Shown one piece after another: positions 14,063-26,100 of a stretch of 64,000 nucleotides of DNA (positions are counted from its first letter, which is position 1; each line of letters starts with the position of its first letter). Source of the stretch: Lytechinus pictus (taxonomy: Eukaryota); NCBI RefSeq assembly GCF_037042905.1, contig NC_087250.1, positions 24,182,001 to 24,246,000 of the forward strand, in the 5' to 3' direction. Below the pieces are notes generated by a model. It was not told the origin of the DNA. It did not search any database and saw only the letters and a program-made list of their open reading frames with translations. The position numbers were made by a program, and so were the translations under genes.

Positions 14063-14899
14063 ACATTACAGGAGAGTATGTCAAAGTAGTCGGCTAGTAA
14101 TGCAAACAAAGAAAAGGGGAAAACGATACATAAAAGATGAAAATAATATTTTGTTAAATAAATTTATGCAATATGTATAACAAACCCCGGTAACAAACAT
14201 GTAAAATTGATATGTTTTAGTGGAGCCACCGACTCACCTGTATTCATATTTACCTCACCACCGTGCATTGTTTTCCGTTCATGTTAATCTTTTGCTCCAA
14301 CAGTAAATATACCTAAATTTTGGCGGCCGCGATGAGGAAATGTAAAAATAATATTTTTCCGTCCCCCTTCTATTCATGAAAGCTAGATAATGAGAAACTC
14401 TAGCATAACTCATAGTCATCGGACGTTGGTAATCGGTACCGACTTTTCTCGGTAATCAGGGTCTCCACCCCCTGGAAAAAGTCTCGAAACGGCCCCTTAG
14501 TGCAGTCCACTAAAAAGAGAGAAAAAGAAGAAGAAGAGGAGGAGGAAGAAGAAGCAAAAAGGAAGAAGCAGGAGGAAGAAGAAATTAAAGAAAATTGGGA
14601 AAAACAGAAATAAAAATGGATACAGATCCAGGGGGCTCGAAGGGCCTTGCACCCCCCAAAAAAAGAAGAGAGACATAAAGATGATAAGAAAATGAGGGGA
14701 AGGGGGAGATAGGGATAAAGACAAAGAAAAAAAGGGGGAGTGAATAAAGAGCAAAATTGAAGATGGAGAAACGGATCCAGGGGAGAGGAGGTCAGAGGAG
14801 TCTTGCTCCTTCCTACCCCCCAAAAAAAAAGAGGGTTGGAAAAGTGACAGAAAGAGAAGGAGAATTAAAAAGGTTATCGAAAATAAGGGGGAATGTACA

Positions 14900-16000
14900 T
14901 AGGTACTCTCCCTAAATCATTATCAGGTATCGAATGTAAAATCGACATGTATGCAGATGACGCAGTCTTACTTTTCAAAGCCCGATCCCCTAATGAACTA
15001 TAATCAAATATGAAAGCCGGATTAGAAGAAATATGTAATTGGTTTGTTACGATACTGCAACAAATAACAAGTAAATTAAGGTTTAGATTTTCCTCTTTTT
15101 ATTAAAGGAATTAATTAAGTAAACATAAACAAATTAAAACAAAATATCTTACAACAATCTCTTGAAATCAGTTCTGGCGTTATTCCAAATAATATCCCAC
15201 TTGGTTGGCGAAAATTCACAATGATGGCGATGATGAAACTGATGTTGAATAATGAGAGTCACTGTAACAAGTTGAAATGTCCGTGAAGACGATGTTGACG
15301 ATGATTAACAGTCAAATCCAGCAATCCATGGGTAGAAAAGCGTTCATTGAACAGGTTGATGATGTTGATGATCTGGATGAGAACTGAGAATTCCTCTCTC
15401 AAAATAACTGCAAACAGTTCATTATGACGGGCAATTCATTCCACAGAAGATAAATATTCCAGGTGGAAATAAACTCCGCTCTGACATAAAGTCTGGCGTG
15501 AAACTCTGAGTTCTGATCTGATGTGACGAAGTGATCTGATCTGATCAAGTGATCTAATATGATGTGATGTTGTCCTTGAAGAAACCGCCAGTTATATATA
15601 CACATTTCAGCTATTCTAGATTATTCTTTATTCTAGAAGCTTCTATTATTGTCTATTATAGAAGGTTCTAGTATTGTCTTTAAAAACATTCATGAATGAC
15701 CTCAGTGAAATGTCAACAGTGTCAACAAAATAGCTAAGCCTATTGTTATTTCCACTACCAATACAAGTCTATTGTAAAGTAATCTCTATTAAGTCTGTAT
15801 TATCTCTCTTGGGACATTCAAGGGATAACAAAGAGTTATCTTAATCATTCAAAAATATTCTTAAAGAGGAAATAACTAAATAAATGAATGTAATTACTCT
15901 TACAATTATTCTTATATATAACAGGTTAATCACTCATACATGTTAGTTAACACTAAATACTATCAAAACAAGATACGTGATACTTGTTCCAAACAGCGAC
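14900..16000 (+). mobile_element. Degraded L2/CR1 RT fragment split by the solo LTR
   Basis: MYADDAVLLFK...LEEICNW just before 15045; the frame resumes (L-I-T-H...) after the TSD. Confidence 0.7.
15045..15923 (-). mobile_element. Solo LTR (Gypsy-type by 4-bp TSD), 879 bp
   Basis: TGTTA...TAACA termini; GGTT TSD at 15041-15044 and 15924-15927; minus-strand TATATATAA (~15592-15600) and AATAAA (~15098-15103). Confidence 0.85.
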
Positions 16001-16200
16001 NNNNNNNNNNNNNNNNNNNNNNNNNNNNNNNNNNNNNNNNNNNNNNNNNNNNNNNNNNNNNNNNNNNNNNNNNNNNNNNNNNNNNNNNNNNNNNNNNNNN
16101 NNNNNNNNNNNNNNNNNNNNNNNNNNNNNNNNNNNNNNNNNNNNNNNNNNNNNNNNNNNNNNNNNNNNNNNNNNNNNNNNNNNNNNNNNNNNNNNNNNNN
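16001..16200. other. Assembly gap (200 N)
   Basis: Run of exactly 200 N; adjacency of the two flanks is not guaranteed. Confidence 1.
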
Positions 16201-16574
16201 GGTTTCTTGCCTTCAACAGCCAGAAACAACTTTACGTTGCAGATCTCGATCGCATCAGAGTAATCCATAGGGATGAGAACATATTCGAAGATGGTTTCGA
16301 AATTCGAACCTGTAACAAGAAATGGCATCACCGCGGTATAGCCATTGATGGCCAAGATAATGTTTACATAACGGCTCGTTCCACTGATTCTCGCCGGCTT
16401 TTTACCAAAGAGACGTTGACAGTTTTAGATAAAGACCACAAGCCACTTGATAATTTCACCGGAGGTTGGCGTACATTCAATTACCTGCGAGGTCTATGCT
16501 TTGACTCGCAACGCCAACGAGTTGTGATTGTCGATGGTGAATGGCATGAACTAAAGATTTTCAGTGTCAATTAG
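16201..16574 (+). CDS. C-terminal part of an NHL-repeat beta-propeller protein (TRIM-NHL-like); 5' part lost in the gap
   Basis: Open frame from the gap to TAG, with NHL-like blades FLAFNSQKQLYVAD, RGIAIDGQDNVYIT and RGLCFDSQRQRVVIVD...LKIF. Confidence 0.8.
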
Positions 16575-17474
16575 GAAGTTATCGTATCAATCTCTCTCTC
16601 CCCTTCCTTGATTGCGTGTCTGTTCGTATCTGCCCGTTCTCGTCTGTTCTGTCCCATAGCTCTCTCACTTTCCCTGTCCTCGTACTGTAACAGTTTTACT
16701 TTCCCTCTCCCGTACCATTTCCCTCCAACCCTTCATCAAAAAAAATATATCTGAACAACTGACCTACCATGTTTGACAACACTTTCAAGAAATAGAAGGG
16801 AAAATGATTTTCTCATGAAAAGTGTCAAATTTGTCAGCTTGTTCAGATTATGTAAGCTACCAGTGACTATGAATCAAATTAATGGACATTAATTTACAAC
16901 AATAAGTGAAGTCATCCATTGAATCAATCATTCTATTTTATATGATATGCAGTTTATTGTCGACGTTTCACATTCATATGTATATTCCCAAAGAATATAC
17001 ATGGCATTATAATGCTATGTAATTTTGGTCTAGAGCAATAATTATATACAGTGAAGAGAATTAAACTTACATCCAATAGTATATACACATTAAATATCGA
17101 TAATGAATCTAAAGAGATGTATCAAAAATGATTTTGTAGAGAATTTCTATTTACAAATGTCGCCATGAAATCATTTATACACCCATGTCAAACAAATATT
17201 ATAATATCTTTAATATTCAAACATATCATTCTCCACCTAATTAAGCATTTTTATTACTGGTATCCAAGAAAATTAGATGAAGATGTCAAAGTTTGGTCCC
17301 AGAAATAAGTAATATCTGGTCTTGATAATTGCTAACATGTATGTTTGTACTATGTAAAACCTAATAAACCCCAATACTGGTTAGAATGAACCATGTTTAC
17401 AGGAATATGATTAAACTGATGATGACAATCATCAAGTACTTTGAAACTGATGGGAATAGCGCAGTGAAAGTAAT

Positions 17475-17625
17475 TATGATGATGAATGCTGATGTTTTTA
17501 TTGGTGTTGTTGTTGACGATGATTATGATGATGATGATGATTATTATGATGATGAAGTCATGACCTTGTTGATGATGATAATAGTGATGATGATGATGAT
17601 GGTAATAGAATTGCTGATGATGATG
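17475..17625. repeat. (GAT)n imperfect microsatellite
   Basis: Read directly from the sequence. Confidence 0.9.
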
Positions 17626-18434
17626 CAGGTAACAACGGTAGCAAGATGGAGTATGATGAAAGTTGGGGACGTAGTTTTTATTAAAACAGGGCTTGTTGGT
17701 GTTTGGGGTCGGTCATGATATTCCACTTCAGAATAAATCCCTATTGATAAATACCCATAATGGAATGCCTTTTTAACCTTACAAAGAAAAAAAAACCTTA
17801 ACCAAAAATGTAAAAAATAACAGGTAAAAACACGATCAGAAGCAGTGAAATCTAACAAATACACAGATAAAAATATGAATTTAGGCAATGCAGAATATTT
17901 ACATAATACTCGCAAAGGTATTACTCCTTAAATACAACATATTAACATAAATGTAAAATAATGTAGTGCTGCACATTGTACAATACATTTCATTTCCAAT
18001 TCTCTCGATAATAGAAGGGTTCTGAAAAAAAAAAATGTGGAAAAGAATAAATCTCTGCAAAATGGTGAGAAATCGGAGAAAAATTTATAGCATCTTCAAA
18101 GACATTTTCAATGAGAGAATTCCTTAATATAATGGACCTCAATCTTTGATTTGTGTAATTTCCTGAAGAAATACATAATCATACATTAAAAAACTAGTTT
18201 TACGCATCTATGCCGAGTTCTAACTTCAGTGAAATTGACGTCTTTGGCTCATCTTATACAATTATTAGTACATTAAATCAGGTCCTCATGTTCTCTTGAT
18301 GGACAAAAATTAAAGAAATGGAACTAGAAAACACCTTAATTTGATTTAAATATCATCCTTCCACCTATTGCACCACTTAACACACTTCTTTGTATCGCTG
18401 TGCTTTTATATCAAAGGTTGGGGACAAGACTTCC

Positions 18435-18750
18435 GATTCGGTGGATTCATAATATGGTGCGCCATCTATCGGTTGCAGCGAACAGGCCAAATTAGGGTTG
18501 ACATCCCCAGGCAGTGCGCAGTGCCTAAAAAATTGAAAACCATAAGTCCAGGATTCGCCCAAACCCAGTCTTAACATCACAAAGAAATATGCAGGCAAAT
18601 TTCTCGCCTTCCTCCTGGACCCTACTAAACATCATATCCGGCCGAACTGTGTCGGCCAGCACTGAATAGTCCCATAATGCATTGCAAACTTCGGCCTGTC
18701 GTCTGGAACCGATAGATGGCGCACCGTATTGTGAATCCATCCACCGAATC
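18435..18750. mobile_element. Inverted-repeat MITE
   Basis: GGATTCATAATATGGTGCGCCATCTATCGGTT and its near reverse complement near 18707-18738. Confidence 0.7.
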
Positions 18751-20227
18751 AAAGGGTAAATAACTAGTTGGTCTACACAGGCCTTGCCTACATTCCTCTG
18801 GTCTCGTCTCATGTGATCTAATCCCAGCTCATCTATAATAATAATGACAATAATAATCATTCTTATAAATCTAGGGTAGCCACTTCAGATCTTGTGAACT
18901 TTTCTCCCAACATTATTTTTTTCTATATCGACAATAACCAAACATTTCCGGACGTAGTTCATGCTGTTCTCTTGTGTGACCCTGCAACTTCCAGCAGCTT
19001 GAAGGTATAAATTCTATGCAGCAAGAGAAATAACACAAGTATTATGATGATTCCTCCTCAAAATATGAGAAGGGCGATTTCATGGTTGAAAAATCAGCAA
19101 TTTTCACGACATTTTTCAACCTGCTGTCCACACAAATGGAGAACTTAAATTTCCTTTGTGGTAATATTAAAGTACTACTGGGTAGACGTGCAAAAAACTG
19201 ACAGCCGATAAAAATATGTTGTCCATAGGTGAATTAGAGCTTAAAATGTTGCGTGTCGTACGGGACATTTCTGCGTCCTGTTCGACACACAACATTTTCA
19301 CCTATAATTTACCCATAATCAATTCTTTTGTGTTGGTTATTAGTTTTTCACATGACTACCCACTATAGCTTGCATTGACAAAAAAGAATATTTTTTGCTC
19401 AAGCATATGGCTAGGAAACTAGAAATTGTTGTCAAAATGTCCCATACGACATGTATGGAATCGGCCAGAAGAGATTGAAAACACAACTCTGAAGCAGCTA
19501 GACTAGCAATAGCTATCGCAAGAGCAGACCAAAGCTGTTGGGTCACACATCACTAAACAAAAAGAATATTTTCCATTTCAGTACACATAGTGTATGCCAA
19601 ATTCATGCCATGCACTACTGTGAGAACTTTTGGTTATTGTCGACAGCAAGAATTGCATGTTCAACGAACTCTCATTGTGTTTTCTCCCAGACAGTACAAA
19701 CATTATCAAAACAATAAGTGTAAAGAATCCTTCTACTATTTGCAGGAAAAGGTTACTAAATGCAAATCTTTCCAAATAAAAAATGCTGAATTCTTAACTT
19801 TCATATTACCTCAGAGAAGAATAACAAAGTTGAATCATTCAGATAAACATAAATAAATACACTTGATCAGACAGTTAACTTAATATACAATTAATAAATA
19901 TATAAAGGCACATCCATGTATGCTGATATTACACCCCGCTTGGCAATAGAGGGTTGATAACGCAGGCAAAATACAACAAATTACAGAAACAAAATATACA
20001 TCATTAAGCACAACTGATGGAAAGAATTGCAAAAAAGGTAATTCCTTTGAAAAATTAGAGCATTAGCCAAGTACACACCAAAAGTATTGCTACCAAAAAT
20101 GTCCATTTGATTAATATTATGATAACTGTCATTAATCCTGTTCTCCAAAAGAATGACATAAATATCACTCAAGGAAAAAAAATATATGTTAGATCTGGCC
20201 AATTTGCCCCTGAAGTGATTTAAAGTT

Positions 20228-21186
20228 AAAACAAGTGGAATGCCTCTGGCCGTCTCACCTGCATCACGCGATTCAATATAGCAGCAGTGCTGATTTTGAA
20301 AACTACTATAACTCGCACAAGATGTTCAGTGATACTTGGTTACTCTTATTTCCACGTTTTATGAACTAGACCAATACACTTAAAGAGATATGATGGCAAT
20401 TCAACAAATACCCCCAACGTGGCCAAAGTTCTTTGACCTTACATGACCTTTGACCTTGATCATGTGACCTGAAACTCGCACAGGATGTTCAGTGATACTT
20501 GATTACTATTATGTCCAAGTTTTATGAACTAGACCAACACACTTTCAAATTTATGGCTGTAATTCAACAAATACCCCAATTTGGCCAAAGTTCATTGACC
20601 CTAAATGACCTTTGACCTTGATCATGTGACCTGAAACTTGCACAGGATGTTCAGTAATACTTGATTACTATTATGTCCAAGTTTCATGAATCAGATCCAT
20701 AAACTTTCAAAGTTATGATGGTAATTCAACAGATACACCCAATTCGGCCAAAGTTCATTGACCCTAAATGACCTTTGACCTTGGTCATGTGACGTGAAAC
20801 TCATGCAGGATGTTCAGTGATACTTGATTAACCTTATGTATAAGTTTCATGAACTAGGTCCATATATTTTCTAAGTTATGATGACATTTCAAAAACTTAA
20901 CCTTAGGTTAAGATTTTGATGTTGATTCCCCCAACATGGTCTAAGTTCATTGACCCTAAATGACCTTTGACCTTGGTCATGTGACATGAAACTCAGGCAG
21001 GATGTTTAGTAATACTTGATTAACCTTATGGCCAAGTTTCATGAACTAGGTCCATATACTTTCTAAGTTATGCTGTCATTTCAAAAACTTAACCTCAGGT
21101 TAAGATTTGGTGTTGACGCCGCCGCCGCCGCCGCCGTCGGAAAAGCGGCGCCTATAGTCTCACTCTGCTATGCAGGTGAGACAAAA
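20228..21186 (-). mobile_element. HINE/DINE-1-like element, copy 2, ~5 internal tandem units
   Basis: Near-identical ends and core to 10452-11560, one core unit shorter. Confidence 0.75.
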
Positions 21187-21545
21187 ATGAATAAATAAAT
21201 GTAGCCCTGAAAAATCCCCATTCACTTATCCAATGGTGAAGATTAAAGCAGTATTTGATGAAATAGCCCTTGGAAATAAAGTAATAATTGGCCTGATGTC
21301 ACTGCTATTACTCTTAACAATGGATGATTGTAGAGTTTAGAATCAGCATTTAGAATATCCTCTGATTTCAAACTACCAGATGGGACAAGCCTTTGAATAG
21401 TTTTCCGAGATTGAAATTTGCTAGAATGTTCGAAAGTATCTTTTGTACAGAACATAGATTGAAGCAGAATTGTTTGTTGTAAAGATTTGTCACACATCCT
21501 TATTGAAGATGCAAAAACAGCTTTCAACGAGAGTTGTACAAGTAG

Positions 21546-22475
21546 GGGGGTGTTTCACAAAGATTTAAGAATGACTTAGAGTCGCACTTAAATGTCTAGT
21601 ATAAGAGGCAAGGCCGCATCGGTCAGATCAGGTGAAGAGGACGCGCACTACTGCGTAATGATCAATAAGATTGCGCGTTGCATATCATGTACACATCGGC
21701 ATTTAAGTGTGACTTAACCCTCAATCTCCCGGGGTATTTTGATTCTTGTCATTCCCGGGGGGGGGGGGGCCATAATGGCCCCCCCTTAAGATCTCTGCCG
21801 CTGATCGCTCGAGCGACGCAAAAATTTGCATGCTGGTTGTGTGCGATGTAATCTACAAGGCTGTATGGTAAAATTTTCCAAAATAATGAGATTTTATTTT
21901 ATATGAATTAATTATGCTAATTTATGCATAAATCATACTTTTTGCTCTAATTCACTAAATAAAGCTCCTAGAATGCTAATTTTTGGTTAAAATATTCTTT
22001 GTAGCATTCTTAACAATCGCAATAAAAAAAAACTTCAGTTTGGAAATCAATTTCTTATGTATTTTATTGTTTTATGAATTTCTTATGTATTTCCTTGTTT
22101 TTTTTACTTTTTGTTTTTTTATTGTTTTTTCAATGGAAATCGTTCCAGACTTAATTCTGATCATAAGCAAGGCAAAATTAATTAAATTCAATCAGTAAAA
22201 GTAGAAATAATGATACATTTATGAATTTTGGCTAAATACACAATTTGCATTGGATTTGTACATGAAATCACGTTTGTGAGCAATTTTGGGTCTGACATGC
22301 ACTTACATAATGTTGCGTAATGTCGTAACCGCGTATCCGGTCGTCACAAATTTGGTCTCAAAAATTTGCGCAGCGGATATATCGCGAAAATTGTCGAGGG
22401 GGGGGGGCCATTATGGCCCCCCCCCCCCGGGAGAATTAGGGTTAAGTCATACTTATTTCTTTGTAAAACACCCCC
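21546..22475. mobile_element. PIF/Harbinger-like MITE hosting a piggyBac-like MITE
   Basis: GGGGGTGTTTCACAAAGA / TCTTTGTAAAACACCCCC ends; interrupted at a TTAA. Confidence 0.7.
21718..22441. mobile_element. piggyBac-like MITE (nested)
   Basis: TTAA|CCCT...AGGG|TTAA; internal inverted repeat GGGGGCCATAATGGCCCCC. Confidence 0.85.
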
Positions 22476-22971
22476 AGGAAGGATTCCTTCATCGCTCCCG
22501 AGTCACTGAATGCTTGGTAAATAGCTAAGGAGCAAGTAATGATAATTTCATCAACATTCCATAATTTTAGAGTGTAGAGGTTACACGGAACACCATATAA
22601 TCTTTCGTGGACATATGTTGATTGTGAAACGGACCACCCAAACTTGACGTTTCACACAGTGTATTCTTGTCGTCTTCAGGAGAATGAAGTCCTTATGCAG
22701 CAATAGGGGTACAGCAGTGATGGAAACACTGCCTGCGACTGTGGGGAGAATCAGACAATGCAACCCCAATTGGTCTGCCCCCTTCTACCAGAGCCATGCT
22801 CTACTGAAGATCTGGAGTCTTTTGACCCCAAAGCCAGATCTTGTAGCCTCCACTGCACAGGATTTGTGCAGTGACCCCAAGAAGAAGGAGAATTATTTTA
22901 AATATATTCTATAAGGACTGGCGAGCAATTGTTTGTTGAATGATAGTAGCTGGCCGGAGAGAGATTGTTTG

Positions 22972-23107
22972 TTATATGATGGTACCCGGCCAGGAAACAA
23001 TAGTGAGTTGCGCCCTCTGTTGAATGTTCTTGAGTAATGTCACGGCTTCTTTATGTGAGATATCAAGCAAGGAAACTGAGTTGACGGATTCAATGATGTC
23101 ACCACAT
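22972..23107 (-). CDS. LNX2: LNX terminal coding exon: end of PDZ4 and stop
   Basis: CATTAG|A, CGDIIESVNSVSLLDISHKEAVTLLK...IVSWPGTII*. Confidence 0.94.
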
Positions 23108-26100
23108 CTAATGAAGAAAGAAAGAGAAAGAAACAAGGTGTGAACATCAGTCGCTTTCATGAAAAAAGAAAGTTCTCTATATCTCTCGTTCAAGGAATGG
23201 ATACTTGTAACTTATCATGAGATAGTCCTGGGGAGCGTTTCATGAAAGGACTTGTCGGACGTTTTATCCGACAAGTCCCATTTTATCCGACAGTTACCAT
23301 AGTAACAGTACCTCTCAGCCAATCAACATCAGAGAAAGATGTCAGATCTGACAACTTGTCGGATGAAAATGTTGATGAAACACTCCCCGGCTTTAAAGAC
23401 TGTTTCTGAAAGTCATGTACTGCATTTATGTAAATAGTATTCTCTAAACCATTATCATTGAAATATGTTCACTATAAATCAGTTTAATAATAACAACTTA
23501 TAACAACCTTTTACATTGTAGTTCTGCAATTGTTAATTTTGAGGTACCATGTATATCCATTTTTTGCAAACACTATCTATTCCTAAATTATCTTTTGATA
23601 TATAAATACCTGGATTTAAGTCAAATTAAAATATATATTGATGATAAAGGAATACAAATGACAGAATCTGTAAATTTTCTTGGTGTATAAATGAACAATA
23701 AACTTGGAAAAGATCATATAGATGAAATCTCTCGTTAGATATCATGTGTCATAGGAATATTAAATAGAATTAAACATATATCAATGTCAGTTCTTGTGAA
23801 ATTATATAATGCTATGATCTTGCCACAGTTGAGTTATTGCAACATCATATGGGGAAATTGTCCAAAATACGTATTACAGCGGTTATACTTGCAGAAACGT
23901 GTGATTAGAATAATAACAAAATCACGGTACCTTCTTGCCCATACAAACGTAATTTTAAAATCTTAATATTTTAACAATATTTGACCTGAATGTTTACTGC
24001 ATTGCCATATTTATGTATTAGTATTTTAAAAATGTTTTGACTGAATGTTGTAACGATTCATTTATTTTTCAAAGTGCTGTCAATAGATATACAACAAGAC
24101 ATTATAATGATCTTACTTGCCAAAATACCGATATGATTTGTTTCGTCCCATTATTGATTACAGAGGACCTATGATTTGGAATAATTTGAAATCAGAACAG
24201 AAATCTTGCTGGTCAATGTCTCTTTTTAAAAGACAAGACACATCATCTCTTATTAATCAATTGTTCATTCAATAGACTTTTAGTTGCCTGTTTGCCCTTT
24301 ATTGTATTAGTGTAAACTGCATTTATTTGTATGTCATTTTAGGGGACTAGCCTTGATAGGCCTTTGTTGGTCCCCTGCATCCGGTTCATGTAAGTTGTGC
24401 TTTCATTTGTTGTAATTGTTATCTCTAGAATTGTATTTTGCTTTATTATCCCTTGCCTCTTTATAATATTTTCAAATATTGTTTTATCATGTTAAATGTA
24501 TGATTTTATCTTGGATGCAAATAAAAGGCCATATGAGTCAATCAATCAATCAATACATGAATTCATTATTCAGTTATTTAAAAAAGAAACAACTCTTATC
24601 TACATACCTGGCCTTGACAATAGTTCCTACATACTATTTATCTTTAAACATCTTTAAACAAAGATTTCCTTGTGACTTTTTATCCTTACAAGGCTTAACG
24701 CTCTGTTCAAATCAATATTACATACTGGAAGTTTTTCTTATAATTAATTTTACCATTTTTTTTTGTCCTTTTGTTGAATTATGTATTTCTCTTGTATTTC
24801 CACATTTGTTATCTCTTACATGTTTGTATATCTTGTACCTTTCTGCCTAAACAGAAGGTATCCTAGGTTATTTTGTAAGTATGCTGGCATCAAACCAATA
24901 GAGTATATTTGCTTGAAAATTTCTCAAGTCACAAAAACTTACATTGCCTCCCTGTAAAACAATGTATTATGTTCAAGATTTTGTTAACTTTCCACTGTGT
25001 CCATGGCTCTTCTCCCCAGTACCTCATCTCACTAATCAAAAGTTATACCCCTTCACGATCCTTACGTTCCTCCTCTTCCAGTTCTCTCATTACCCCAAAA
25101 GTTTTCAGAACCTGGGGGGAACGATCTTTTGTTCACTCATCCTCTAAGTTATGGAATAGCCTCCCTGAAAACATCAAACAGTGCTTGACCTCTGAAACTT
25201 TCAAACAATACCTTAAAACATTTCTCAATTCTTCTTAATTTTCTTTATAATTTCCTAAAAAGCGCCTTGAGCACTCTACAGAGTGGATTTGGCACAATAT
25301 AAGTCTAAATATTATTATCATTATTATTATTAAAAAAATCACTAGAAACTTACTTTAATAAGCCATTCTTTGCTGCAACGCCGTTACTAACGACAGTCTT
25401 CACATAGATAGGCTGAGGACCATGGGTAGAATCATTACCCCCCACGATGCTAAAACCAAGGCTGGCATTGGTTCCTTTCTCTAGGGTAATCTGGTGGGAT
25501 TGACGACAGCATCTGGAATGGCAAGAAGAAGAGATGTACACTTGACTTCGGTGAAATGTGGTTGTCCTTTGAAAGGGATTTCCTCCCTCCTCTTTTTTCT
25601 TTTTTTAGTCTAATTTTGTGAAGACTGATCGATCGTCCTCTGTCTGCATACTACAGACTCGGAATTCAGATTAAATTAGCATTATTTTCAAATATAAATT
25701 CATATTTATAGCTTTATTTCATATGACACTGAAATAGAGTCAGAAAAGGGAAAGATCTCAGCAATCCTCGCTACCCGAAATAGGAACAAAAATCTCATAA
25801 TGCGCGAGACGAGATAATTTTCACTCCGTCGGGTCGTCATCACCACTTCCGGTTCAGAGTCATGCTCGCACGAGGTTCGCGATACTGAGTTTTCCACCAC
25901 GCTGAAATCGATGCCAATCAGCGTAATATGTACAGATTATAATACTTTTTATTTAATTTGGTCAGTTTTGATTCCATTTAAATTATGAATAAAAATTAAA
26001 AAATATTTCACGTGAAAATAAATTTTATTCATGTTTTTATTTGGTTATAAAAAAGTAAACAAAAAATGAATATCTTGAAATTTTGCATTTAGCGACCGGC

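Noticed and set aside
15940..16355. ORFs spanning the N run
   Set aside because: They are open only because Ns hide stops; only the frame ending at 16574 has protein-like content.
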